Virus record (IMG/VR): IMGVR_UViG_3300020047_016550
Location: 9,392-73,391 of that record
Origin: a virus
Lineage: Duplodnaviria > Caudoviricetes
Direction: 5' to 3' (one strand)
Length of the DNA: 64,000 nt
Positions within the stretch are counted from its first letter, which is position 1; the number at the start of each line of letters is the position of its first letter. A model generated the notes under the pieces. It searched no databases and was not told the DNA's origin. It saw nothing but the letters and a program-made list of their open reading frames with translations. Below are positions 26,998 to 36,575 of the stretch, in pieces. The position numbers were made by a program, and so were the translations under genes.

Positions 26998-27209
26998 AAA
27001 CAACAAAGTGGATTAAACAAAAAGAAATTGAAATAAGTAACGAAATAGAATTATTGGAACAACAAATTCGTGAACGAAATATTAAAGAAACTGATTATGT
27101 AAATACTATTTATATGCACAAATCAGGAAAAGAAAGCACTTTGACTATAGATCAAATGCTAAATATTTTAGTTGCGAAAAAAAGTTTACTTACTGAAATT
27201 TTACATTAA
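26994..27209 (+). CDS. Small hypothetical protein
   Basis: Coupled to previous gene, ends at convergent terminator. Confidence 0.6.
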   Translation: MKTTKWIKQKEIEISNEIELLEQQIRERNIKETDYVNTIYMHKSGKESTLTIDQMLNILVAKKSLLTEILH

Positions 27210-27210
27210 C

Positions 27211-27236
27211 AAAAAAGCCCCGGTAAGGGGCTTTTC
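27211..27236. terminator. Bidirectional terminator between early/middle and late blocks
   Basis: AAAAAAGCCCC-GGTAA-GGGGCTTTT at the strand switch. Confidence 0.85.
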
Positions 27237-27277
27237 TGTTACACCGATTGGGTATGCGTGAACTGGGATTACAAAGA

Positions 27278-27955
27278 TTATAATTTTTCGCAATATTCCA
27301 AAATTTCTTTGCTTCTTGACAAAGCTTTTGCACGGCCTCCCGTATGATCATTTTTGATATATTCCAATGTACGGCCCCAGCCGGCGTTTGCATGGTAAAA
27401 ATAATTTACCGCATCATCCAGGTTTTTAAACTGCTTTGCATTCTTGATTTTGTATTCGGTCATTAAATCAGCCGGACATTTTTCAATACGGTTTTCCATG
27501 TCTGCAATACAGGCCTGTACCGCATTATCAAAATATTCAATCAGCTCGGGATTTTTAACAAAATCAATGCCGGTTTTCTTTTTAAGAAGATTAAAAACGT
27601 TTTTGAAAGTTGACTGGTTAAATCCACCCCCACGGTATTTCCATCCGTCGCCGTATTCTTTGTTTCCGTTACTGTTTCCGTAAAGCACTTCGAAAAAAGC
27701 TTCATTGTTTTTTTTGTTGCGCTCAATCCACGAATCACTGTATTTTGCCAGTTTTGTCCTGAATATTTTACGGATTCTTGCCAGGGGAGTATTTCCGTAT
27801 CCTTTTTCACGTACCGGCCTGAATCCGCTTTCTTTGCTTAAAACACAAAGAACGGCAACCGCCGAAATAAGATTAAACTGTTTTTCACGGAAAGCTTTGT
27901 AAATCTTTTCCATATTGGAAACAGATTCCGGTTTTAAAGTCTTGATGTAGCTCAT
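27278..27955 (-). CDS. GH19 lysozyme/chitinase-like endolysin
   Basis: KESG...RE, YG..NGN...GDGWKYRG.G..Q.T motifs. Confidence 0.85.
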   Translation of the reverse strand: MSYIKTLKPESVSNMEKIYKAFREKQFNLISAVAVLCVLSKESGFRPVREKGYGNTPLARIRKIFRTKLAKYSDSWIERNKKNNEAFFEVLYGNSNGNKEYGDGWKYRGGGFNQSTFKNVFNLLKKKTGIDFVKNPELIEYFDNAVQACIADMENRIEKCPADLMTEYKIKNAKQFKNLDDAVNYFYHANAGWGRTLEYIKNDHTGGRAKALSRSKEILEYCEKL

Positions 27956-28335
27956 TATTTTTTGTTTAAAATTTGCTCTCTTTTTTTTGCATATTCATCT
28001 TCAAGCTTGGACAGCTCCGAATATTTTTTTGTGTCAGTTACGTAAACTCCGATTTTTTTTTGGGTTTCTCCCCGTATGTATGCATCGGTATCCGCTTTTA
28101 AAATACGGTTACGCTGCACTTCCTTTTTATGTTCAGAATAAGTTTTTACGGCAACCTGAATGCCCCTGATAAGCCAGTAAAAACAAAAGGAAAGAGTAAC
28201 GGCCAATGAAGCCCAGGTAGGTATTTCGGCTCCCGGAACCGATATCTGGTTTCCTATTTTCTGAGCCATGAACCGCAATGCCAGAATGAATGAAGGAATG
28301 GCCACCACTGCATCTAAAACCTGTATCCCGGTCAT
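27955..28335 (-). CDS. Two-TM holin-like protein (126 aa, start MTGIQ)
   Basis: Two hydrophobic helices, charged C-tail, directly upstream of endolysin. Confidence 0.55.
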   Translation of the reverse strand: MTGIQVLDAVVAIPSFILALRFMAQKIGNQISVPGAEIPTWASLAVTLSFCFYWLIRGIQVAVKTYSEHKKEVQRNRILKADTDAYIRGETQKKIGVYVTDTKKYSELSKLEDEYAKKREQILNKK

Positions 28336-28336
28336 T

Positions 28337-28711
28337 TTACTTTCTGTTATAAGTTTTCCCTGCATGATCAATCTGTTTAAATTTAAACAACTTTGTACGA
28401 CTGTCAATCTGTGAAATAATATGGTGTGGCGCATATCCGCATAACCAGGTGCATGATCTCTCAAAAACTGTGTAAAGCTGGGGATCGGATATTTTATTGA
28501 AAAGATAAACATCAAAATCAAGCAGATGATATGAAACTACCAAAAGGATTGAAATTAATGCCGAAATCAAATGCGAAACGAAATTGTCTTTTATGTAAAA
28601 CAAAACATCAAGATGTTCGGGAGTGTTTGTGCTTTTTTTATCCCGGCGGTAAATGGAAACGGCTACTGCAACCGCTATTCCGATTAAGGTTAAGAATACT
28701 TTTTCTTTCAT
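28337..28711 (-). CDS. Holin/antiholin-like membrane protein
   Basis: 2-3 hydrophobic segments within lysis cluster. Confidence 0.55.
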   Translation of the reverse strand: MKEKVFLTLIGIAVAVAVSIYRRDKKSTNTPEHLDVLFYIKDNFVSHLISALISILLVVSYHLLDFDVYLFNKISDPQLYTVFERSCTWLCGYAPHHIISQIDSRTKLFKFKQIDHAGKTYNRK

Positions 28712-28719
28712 TGTTTCAA

Positions 28720-29403
28720 TTATTTGATTTCAAATTTAATATTCTTTTCATAAACGGGAAGTGAATCACAATTATCAATAACTTTTACTTTGTAATTCCA
28801 TTTGTCGGTTCCGATAAGTTTCCATTTAAAAGTCCAGAATCTTTTAAAATCACGCATGGAATGACCTTTGTTTTTTTCTTTGAAAGAAAGTATGTCAATG
28901 TTTTTTTTCAAAGTGCCGTTAACTGAAGCAACCGTATCTCCCGTTATCCAGGTTACTGTTCCCGGAGAACATCCCCATATAAACGAAATTGAATTTTTTT
29001 CATTTGCAACCGAATCGGTATAAACTGTATCACGTATAATTACAATAGAATCCGAATACTGTTTTGAAGAAATTATTTTATGGAGTCCTTTTATTCTGGA
29101 CTCTTTTAAATCATTTTCTTTGGCCAGTCTTTTTATCTCATTTTCGAAATACGGAAATTGGTTTAATTCACTTTTAAGTAAATTGATTTCGGCAACATAT
29201 TCCGAAGTATCATTGACTGCACTTTGGGCGTTTGCGGCCCATCTTTGGCGTTCAAGTTCAAGATTGTTGTATGATTTATTTTTTTGGCGAACGGTAAACA
29301 TAAGTATGCCCACCAATACACACAACAGAAAAATAACGAAAAAAGGCCAATACTTTTTAAGTATCGGCCATACAGTTTTTACTATCGGAGTCAAAAAATC
29401 CAT
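28720..29403 (-). CDS. Spanin-like protein (DUF6549-like)
   Basis: N-terminal TM, coiled coil, IIRDTV, W.F.W near C-terminus. Confidence 0.6.
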   Translation of the reverse strand: MDFLTPIVKTVWPILKKYWPFFVIFLLCVLVGILMFTVRQKNKSYNNLELERQRWAANAQSAVNDTSEYVAEINLLKSELNQFPYFENEIKRLAKENDLKESRIKGLHKIISSKQYSDSIVIIRDTVYTDSVANEKNSISFIWGCSPGTVTWITGDTVASVNGTLKKNIDILSFKEKNKGHSMRDFKRFWTFKWKLIGTDKWNYKVKVIDNCDSLPVYEKNIKFEIK

Positions 29404-29422
29404 ATTTCTATAAAATTAACTT

Positions 29423-30316
29423 TTAACCCATATCTCTCCATGCTCCATTCTCAAAGACACGAAATTTATTTGATGCGGTATTGTAATACATTGCACCGTT
29501 TTCACCGGTAGGCTCAACAGAAAGATTAGGTAATACAAGGCCGTTTGCGTTGTATTTTAATGCGGCACCGGGTGTTGTTACCCCGGCAACTTTTTTGCTT
29601 CCAAACTTCCATTCCCAACCATTATCATTTAAATCAACTCGGTGTTCATCCCAGTTATCTGCATCAACAATATTGAACGCCCACCAAGAGTAAATTCCAA
29701 GAGAGCCAACGAAGTTTCCTGCAATATCGCTGAGAATGTCTTGGTCAAATAAATAATGGTCGGCCGTTGCTTCGGTAAGTGAAGCTCCTTTGGCAGAAAA
29801 ACCGGCTTGTAAGCCGTCTTGGGTAACTTTACGGGCCGAAAGATTTGTAATGTATAATCCGGTATTAGGATCAAGTCCGGTTTCAAGACCCGCAAATTCA
29901 CCGGTTGCAAAATTGAAATAACCGTTCATTACCTGTTTACCAAGACCTGGGCTAAATGCATCACGGTCAAATATTGCGTTATGAAATACGTCGTCTGCGG
30001 AAATTCCAAGCTGCGGAATACTTAAAGGCCCGTAAACAAAAGGAATATTACTGAACTTATAATCACCGGAAACAAGTTCATATTGATGTGCTCCCGTATT
30101 AATTTGGGTATTTCTTACTAAATTTCCCCCTTGCTCAACAAAACCCTGAAATACATTAGCTCCGTTACGCGCTTTTAAAATTTGATCGGCATAATTTTTA
30201 TTAGCGGCATCATATTTATGAATGGGATCATTAACCATACCCAGTCTTGTGGGTTTTCCTTCCGGAACCAGGTTTACTTTTGGGTATTTACCCTGTGTCA
30301 ATATTACGTGAAACAT
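29423..30316 (-). CDS. Tail fibre/collar-like virion protein
   Basis: DP....DAANK.YAD motif; C-terminal P....GA.YYNT..NKF..FENG.W. Confidence 0.55.
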   Translation of the reverse strand: MFHVILTQGKYPKVNLVPEGKPTRLGMVNDPIHKYDAANKNYADQILKARNGANVFQGFVEQGGNLVRNTQINTGAHQYELVSGDYKFSNIPFVYGPLSIPQLGISADDVFHNAIFDRDAFSPGLGKQVMNGYFNFATGEFAGLETGLDPNTGLYITNLSARKVTQDGLQAGFSAKGASLTEATADHYLFDQDILSDIAGNFVGSLGIYSWWAFNIVDADNWDEHRVDLNDNGWEWKFGSKKVAGVTTPGAALKYNANGLVLPNLSVEPTGENGAMYYNTASNKFRVFENGAWRDMG

Positions 30317-30318
30317 TT

Positions 30319-30651
30319 TTATATCGGAATTAAATTGTTACAAACGCCAAATACGGGAAGCTCTTCCGGCTTATCCATACATAAACCCAGATATGAATTT
30401 ACAAAAAAATAAAAAGAGGAAAAACGGTCTTTGTCCGTTTCATTAATTTCTGACTGCATAAATTCAAAGTTTTCTGAGCACAAATATTTTTTAATCATCA
30501 TCTGGTAATTAGCCCAGACAAAATTGAATTCATCCCATTCACTCTGTGATACATTGCCGCCGGCCAGCTTTGACTTAAGCAGACAGGCACGTTTGCACAT
30601 CAATGCACAAAGAATACCTTTCAAATATTTTGCTGTCTGGCCTTTTTTCAT
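30319..30651 (-). CDS. Small Cys-containing late protein
   Basis: Tight operon spacing. Confidence 0.65.
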   Translation of the reverse strand: MKKGQTAKYLKGILCALMCKRACLLKSKLAGGNVSQSEWDEFNFVWANYQMMIKKYLCSENFEFMQSEINETDKDRFSSFYFFVNSYLGLCMDKPEELPVFGVCNNLIPI

Positions 30652-31337
30652 TACGGTTGTAAATATTTAGTTATTTTATAGTCTGCTATTTGTAACTCAG
30701 CATTAGAATTATTTATTCTAAATGTAGGGATAATTACTAAATCATTTCCATATTCCTGAGTGTATCCGTTTACTTGATTATTTGGAGTATACGGTAAAAA
30801 ACCTTTGTTAGCTGCATAACAAGAATGATCAATAACAAATTGAAAGTTTAAGTCACCCGCAACTTTTTGTCTTGTAATTGTTGTTCTTATGCGTATTCTT
30901 GAAGATTCTATATCAGAATCAACGTTACTATATGCTTGTGTTTCAACTCCATTTATAAACATTTTTATAGCAAATGCAGAACCGGTTCCACTATCACCAA
31001 ATCCAACTAACCAATCTATAACTGCATAGTCACCGATTTTAGGAATTTCAGAACCAAGTAACGTGAAAGATAAACCTGTCATTTGTTGGTCAGAAGACGT
31101 AATCAATGGATCAGTAGAACAACTTGATGCATATACCGGGTCCCAAATTCCGGTACTGAATAAAACTGGTTTATATCCATTCGGTGGGTTTACATTTCCC
31201 GCATTGTATTGGGTGCCATCGCTTATGGTAATGATTAAATCGCCGTTTTCATTAATTACCGCATTCGTAATCGTATTGCATTCGGCAAAACAATATTTTT
31301 TACAGCTGCATTTCTTTTTTCCTTTACCGCAACACAT
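30651..31337 (-). CDS. Late beta-rich protein with Cys/Lys-rich N-terminus
   Basis: MCCGKGKKKCSCKKYC; I.ENGDLIIT.SDGT..NAG repeat seen in fibre proteins. Confidence 0.7.
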   Translation of the reverse strand: MCCGKGKKKCSCKKYCFAECNTITNAVINENGDLIITISDGTQYNAGNVNPPNGYKPVLFSTGIWDPVYASSCSTDPLITSSDQQMTGLSFTLLGSEIPKIGDYAVIDWLVGFGDSGTGSAFAIKMFINGVETQAYSNVDSDIESSRIRIRTTITRQKVAGDLNFQFVIDHSCYAANKGFLPYTPNNQVNGYTQEYGNDLVIIPTFRINNSNAELQIADYKITKYLQP

Positions 31338-31338
31338 A

Positions 31339-31893
31339 TTAAAGAGTTTTAATCAGTTCAACATTCAAATCCACACCTTCATAATTTCCGCAACAAAAAG
31401 AAGCTTCTGCCGCCTCTAATGCCAGCCATGCTTCCATGGCCGCTTTTTTACGGTCATTCCCTTTACAGCATTTTTCTTTTTTTGGCTTTATTGCATCTGC
31501 AAAAAGTTCTTCAGTACGTTCTTTTGAAGCACATAACAATGGAAAATCCTCGGGCTCACTTTCAAAATAATCAACCACTACCGTAAGCGCCTGGGTCTGC
31601 AAAATTGCATATATCGTGTATACTCCGTCAGAAAGGCCTTCATATACATCAGAAACATTTACGCAAAGATTAAACTCAAGTCCGTCTATCGCTTCATTAA
31701 CCTGTTCCGTGGTAAGTTCCATTATCTGCACAGCAAAAGCATCTTCATCAGGATAACGGTTCACATAAAAAGAAATCTGGGGACTGCCTTCAGTGAGAAA
31801 AGTTTCTTTTTCTTCTTCGGAAGTAAATGTAAGGGAGAAACAGTATTCTATTTCTTCACAACATTTTGGGCATACTGTTACTGTTCCTTCCAT
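31339..31893 (-). CDS. Acidic Cys-rich late protein
   Basis: Tight spacing; CPKCC, KCC, FCC clusters. Confidence 0.7.
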   Translation of the reverse strand: MEGTVTVCPKCCEEIEYCFSLTFTSEEEKETFLTEGSPQISFYVNRYPDEDAFAVQIMELTTEQVNEAIDGLEFNLCVNVSDVYEGLSDGVYTIYAILQTQALTVVVDYFESEPEDFPLLCASKERTEELFADAIKPKKEKCCKGNDRKKAAMEAWLALEAAEASFCCGNYEGVDLNVELIKTL

Positions 31894-31906
31894 GATTCAA
31901 AAGTAA

Positions 31907-34900
31907 TTATTTTTTTGATTCTTTTTCTTTTTTAAGTTCTTCGGCCCGAGCTTTTTTCTTGTCAAATGCTTCAAGAAATTCAAGATATTCTTCCTGATCA
32001 AGCATTTTCCGTGCCTTTGCTTTGGAAAGACTTTTGTAAAAAGTTTCTTTGTTGTAGTCATATTCCCCGAATATGGGGAAAAGTGTTTTCGTGTATATGT
32101 TTTCATATCCGGCCAACGCCGACAATGAACGGATTATCCTGGGCATTCCGGCCGAATGAAACTTCCCGTCTTTTTGGTATTCCGCGAACCATTCACCTTT
32201 TTCCCAGTCATAAATATCTTTGGCTGGCTTTCTGAAATCTTCAAGTACCGACATGGGAGCAATATCAAAAACGGAAGTAACCGTTCCCACGGGATTTGTT
32301 ATCGGAGCGTTCTGAACCATTATTGAATGGATATACGGCTTGATTGTTTTTGCGATTGCCACGTCTTTTGCCGAAAAAACTTCATCTTCATCATCATCAT
32401 CGTCCGGAAGCATGGACTGAACCATCATGTACATGGAAATCAGCATTGCGGAAACAACCATGTGTGAAGCAAATGACCTGGTACGTTCACGCTGGAATAC
32501 CAGAACTTTATCTTTTAATTTACGGTATTCCTTCATTTCTGAAGCCGTTTTTCTTTTTTTATTCCGAAGTTCCCAAAAACGCTCCTGTTCACTTTCTGTT
32601 GCCACAACTGTTTTGTCGGCCCATACCGATTCACGGAAACTCTTTTTCTCTTCAAAAATATCCCGATAAATCCCGGCCATCCCTCCCGCGAATGGAGCCC
32701 TGAATATTCCCTGTTTGTAACGGTATCCGTTAACCACACGTAAATCACCGAACCAGTTTGTCCATACATCCGGCCCCCACCATTTCATTGACAGCATAAT
32801 GCGTACCATCACCATTTTTTTACCGGCGCGCTGTCCGGCTGTTCCGTAATCTCCGATCGCATCATTTATCTTATCCATGTACATTTTAAGCTGTTCAATC
32901 GAAGGAGCTTTATCATTAAGTGCGTTACCTTCGTTATCAAGGGCATTCCATTCTTCTTTCGAAAGTTTTCCGGCAAGCGCCATTGCTTTAAACGCATATT
33001 CTCCGACAGTCCACCCGAACATGGCCATTTTTGAAATAATACCGGCTTTGTCCGAAGTTTCGTAATTCATGGTACCGGAATAATTCTGTTCACCCAGTTT
33101 GGCCATTATTGAATCTATTTTTCCACGGTTTCTTTTTACCGCGTCCATGGACCGGCTTAATTCTTCGGCAGATAATCCGGCCTGTATGCCAAACTCACGG
33201 TTAAGCCATGTCTGTACCTGTTTTTTTTTCATGCCGGCAACCCTTGACATTCCGGTAGCGGTTTCAGCAACCGAACCGTCAACCATTAAAGAAAGTATTC
33301 CTCCAAAAAAGTTAACTGTAGCTCCTTTAAAATTAAACCACATTTTTGCCCGGAAAAAAAGACCTAACGTTTCCTGCATAATTGTCTGGCCCATTTTTTC
33401 AGTAAAGGTTTGTCCTTTTTTTACCTCTGGAGAACTTCCGGTAATGCTTTCTTTTCCCAAAACGTTTGCATCAACGTAGTTCCTGAAAAAAGAAGCAAGG
33501 TTGGTCATGTCTTTAGTTTCTCCGTATAATGTCGCTATGGTACCAAAAAATGCGTTTTCTTCATATTCTGAACGGGTAATCACGTCTTCCATGAATTCAA
33601 TCATTGATTCATACAAATCAACTTTCACTTTTACACCTTTGGGAACTTTGTCATAATCAAAACGGCTTCCCAGCTGAAAATTTTCCTTCAGTGTAAAGCG
33701 CTGCTTTGAACGGTCAAGATTATACATTTCTATTTTTCCGTTATGCACCCTTATGCTTTTTGCTCCTTTTTGGTCAAACGGGAAATCACGTTTTACGGAA
33801 TGGGTAAGCTTGGCCATCTTTAATGCCGTAAGCAGATCGATAACCGTTTTTGTTCCAAACTTTGCATCTATCGGTCTTCCGCGTAAAAGTGCCATGGCTT
33901 CCTCATAAGTTTTTTCTTCCGAATTACCGCCGGTTCCGTCTTTAACGGTTTCCATGCTGTCAGGTAAGGGGAAAAGGTTATCCGAAAGCAGAACGGTTTC
34001 ATTTCCCATCAAAGAATTAACCGATCTTGTATTGTAAACCGCTTCGGTAAAACTCTTTGTTTCTTTGAATATTTCCCAGAAGCCTTTAAATTTTACCGGT
34101 ATGAACGTCTTTTTTTGGCCCGGTATGTATCGGGCATATTTGGGATTATTGTAAAAAGCTTTTACGGTCAGATAAAAATCTTTTGCGGATCCGGCCGGGA
34201 TTTTAGCTTCAGGCTTTAAAACCGGTCTTCCGTTCTTGTTTATTTCGTAAATTTTTGAATAAAATGATTCTTTGGCTTTTTCCCATTTGGATTTAAACAA
34301 CGGACTGTTTTTGGCTATCATCAGTGAAGCTTTTCCGAACAGTAATTCCATTTCTTCTTCAACTCCTTTTTGAAAAACCATTCCCAGGTTGTCTTTCCAT
34401 TTGTTTATTTCATCAATGGCTTTAAGCTCGTTATGGAGTATTTTATTTGCTAAAAAAGCAGCAGCCCCGTTATTTAGATAATTAACGTCGGAAAGTTTTT
34501 TGAAATACTTGTCAAGCTGGTTCATATCTTCATTTCCGACATGGCCGTGGAAATTCTTTTTGGCACCTTCCTCAATTGCTTTTTCAATGATTTTTGTTTC
34601 AAAAGCATTAATCATCTGGGTAAAACGGTCAGTGTTTGCCCAGGCATGAAGATTCATCGTTTTAAAGATATTCAGGTATTCTTCCAGTTCCTCATAAGTA
34701 AGGTCATCGGGAGTCTGGCCGTTATCGCGCATTTCTTTAAAAAGTGCGTTTACCGTTTTTAGCTCGCTTACATAGTTGTCATACTTGATTTTTATTGCCC
34801 GTAAACGGAGCCTTAGTTCAGCAATACGCAAATTGATTTTTTTGTGCTCATGCATCGGAGCCGTATCAAGCTCACTTTTTAATTTTTTGATTTCTTCCTT

Positions 34901-36574
34901 AATGGGATTTACTCCGCGCATGAAAGTTTTTTTCGGGCCTTCCATTCCTTCGCCCGTAATTTCGGCGAATTCATTAAAAGACATCGGACTTAAATCCATT
35001 TCATCAACCGCTTTTACTTCAGCGTTCGCTTCTGCCCGTTTAAATTCTTTGATTATTTCAACCGTTTCATCGTAGAGCTCGTTTTCACCGGTAAAATCAA
35101 CTTCCATTTCCGGAATTACTTTTTGGGCAAATCCGGTTCCGTCGTCAGTAATAAGAAAAGGTTTTATGTACATTCCTTCTATTGTTACCGGCATCCCCAT
35201 TGCACTAAGTATTTTTTTGTAGATACTCAGCTGCATTCCGTGTTTTTCAAACTTGCTTGCTTTTTCGACATTGTTGAATTTACCTTTTTTCGTGTAAGTG
35301 GGATCAAGTTCTCCTTCAGTATCAATGATTGAAGTTTTTGAAAACTTGAAATCAAAAATTTTAACGGCAACACCACGGCCTTTTTTCTTTACCGCAATAA
35401 GGTCAACCCTCGAAACTATCTGCTCATTTACGTCAACCACACGCATTTCAGGTAAAAGAGTATATCCTTCGTTAACCAGATCCGAAACAATATTTTTCAT
35501 TTCGTCAAATATGGTTTTTCCGGCTTCGCGGCTTATTCCGGTAACGGCACTCATGTTCCATATTGAGTCAAAGTCCGTTTTTCCGGACATTACATCTTCA
35601 ATATTTTTTACAAGCTCTTCAATTATTTTATGGCCGTCAGTTCCCGCTTTCGTATTTTTTTCGGTCAGTTTTTCATTATCAAACTGGTCCGAGCCTTCAA
35701 AACTTGTGGAAGGGTTTACGGCCAGAATGTCGGAAGGGCTTTTTGTATGCACTTTTTTGCCGTTGGGCATGGTAATCACATACATTGAATTGGTTTTGTC
35801 GTATTCAAGCGTGGACGAAGACAATTCAATTTTATTTAAGAAATCGGCAACTTCCGCAGAAGCCGATAACGGCATGTATTTTATGACAGAATTTGAGCCC
35901 AGCGGCAATGCAGCTTTCATTTTTGCATTTTCCCACATCCGGGAAGAAAGCATCCTGGCCACGTCTTTATGGTTTGCAATTCCTATGGCATTTTTTACCG
36001 AAGCCCAGAAATCTTTCATCAGGTCAAGAAACTTTTCAAGCTTCGTTCCTTCAAAGTCAAGTTTTGCACGGTCCGATCCGGCAAGCTGTAAAGCGATTAC
36101 CGCACCTTCTTCAGCTCCCAGGGGATGATCTTCCATAAAATCTTTCAGCGCTTTTTTGGAAGGATGGTTTTCGGGAAGATAATCCCAGTAAAGGTGTGCA
36201 TATTCATGCATGAAAACATTCTGGACCGGAGCCGTTTCGTCTATGTAAACGGCATTGCCCAAAGTTGCACCTATTCTGTTTACATCAACCTGACGACCGG
36301 GGAAATGACGGTCTGCAAATTCCTGAAATTTTTCAGGATCATTAAAGATTTCCACTCCTTTAAAAAGGCCTCCCAGTGTTTCGCGGACATGGTTTTCAAA
36401 AGCCATGTTCTTTGAATCTTTTTCTATTCCGTCATGAACGGCAATCCATGAAGCAGCTTCCGCAATGGAAGGAATATCATCGTTAAACGCTTTAAAAATC
36501 TGCATGGCCCGTACTTTTCCGTACTGCATTTCAAGCATTTTCCATTCAGGTAAATTTGTGTTAGGACATCCCAT
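31907..36574 (-). CDS. Giant virion cargo protein with zincin-like and PD-(D/E)xK domains (1555 aa)
   Basis: MGCPN..PEW start typical of crAss-like cargo; HEYAH at 36194-36208; RVDL...IFDFK...QLSIY. Confidence 0.8.
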   Translation of the reverse strand: MGCPNTNLPEWKMLEMQYGKVRAMQIFKAFNDDIPSIAEAASWIAVHDGIEKDSKNMAFENHVRETLGGLFKGVEIFNDPEKFQEFADRHFPGRQVDVNRIGATLGNAVYIDETAPVQNVFMHEYAHLYWDYLPENHPSKKALKDFMEDHPLGAEEGAVIALQLAGSDRAKLDFEGTKLEKFLDLMKDFWASVKNAIGIANHKDVARMLSSRMWENAKMKAALPLGSNSVIKYMPLSASAEVADFLNKIELSSSTLEYDKTNSMYVITMPNGKKVHTKSPSDILAVNPSTSFEGSDQFDNEKLTEKNTKAGTDGHKIIEELVKNIEDVMSGKTDFDSIWNMSAVTGISREAGKTIFDEMKNIVSDLVNEGYTLLPEMRVVDVNEQIVSRVDLIAVKKKGRGVAVKIFDFKFSKTSIIDTEGELDPTYTKKGKFNNVEKASKFEKHGMQLSIYKKILSAMGMPVTIEGMYIKPFLITDDGTGFAQKVIPEMEVDFTGENELYDETVEIIKEFKRAEANAEVKAVDEMDLSPMSFNEFAEITGEGMEGPKKTFMRGVNPIKEEIKKLKSELDTAPMHEHKKINLRIAELRLRLRAIKIKYDNYVSELKTVNALFKEMRDNGQTPDDLTYEELEEYLNIFKTMNLHAWANTDRFTQMINAFETKIIEKAIEEGAKKNFHGHVGNEDMNQLDKYFKKLSDVNYLNNGAAAFLANKILHNELKAIDEINKWKDNLGMVFQKGVEEEMELLFGKASLMIAKNSPLFKSKWEKAKESFYSKIYEINKNGRPVLKPEAKIPAGSAKDFYLTVKAFYNNPKYARYIPGQKKTFIPVKFKGFWEIFKETKSFTEAVYNTRSVNSLMGNETVLLSDNLFPLPDSMETVKDGTGGNSEEKTYEEAMALLRGRPIDAKFGTKTVIDLLTALKMAKLTHSVKRDFPFDQKGAKSIRVHNGKIEMYNLDRSKQRFTLKENFQLGSRFDYDKVPKGVKVKVDLYESMIEFMEDVITRSEYEENAFFGTIATLYGETKDMTNLASFFRNYVDANVLGKESITGSSPEVKKGQTFTEKMGQTIMQETLGLFFRAKMWFNFKGATVNFFGGILSLMVDGSVAETATGMSRVAGMKKKQVQTWLNREFGIQAGLSAEELSRSMDAVKRNRGKIDSIMAKLGEQNYSGTMNYETSDKAGIISKMAMFGWTVGEYAFKAMALAGKLSKEEWNALDNEGNALNDKAPSIEQLKMYMDKINDAIGDYGTAGQRAGKKMVMVRIMLSMKWWGPDVWTNWFGDLRVVNGYRYKQGIFRAPFAGGMAGIYRDIFEEKKSFRESVWADKTVVATESEQERFWELRNKKRKTASEMKEYRKLKDKVLVFQRERTRSFASHMVVSAMLISMYMMVQSMLPDDDDDEDEVFSAKDVAIAKTIKPYIHSIMVQNAPITNPVGTVTSVFDIAPMSVLEDFRKPAKDIYDWEKGEWFAEYQKDGKFHSAGMPRIIRSLSALAGYENIYTKTLFPIFGEYDYNKETFYKSLSKAKARKMLDQEEYLEFLEAFDKKKARAEELKKEKESKK

Positions 36575-36575
36575 A

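Noticed and set aside
28531-28764. Antisense 77-aa ORF as a lysis regulator
   Set aside because: Lies opposite a holin-like gene, lacks the conserved leader and has no recognisable features
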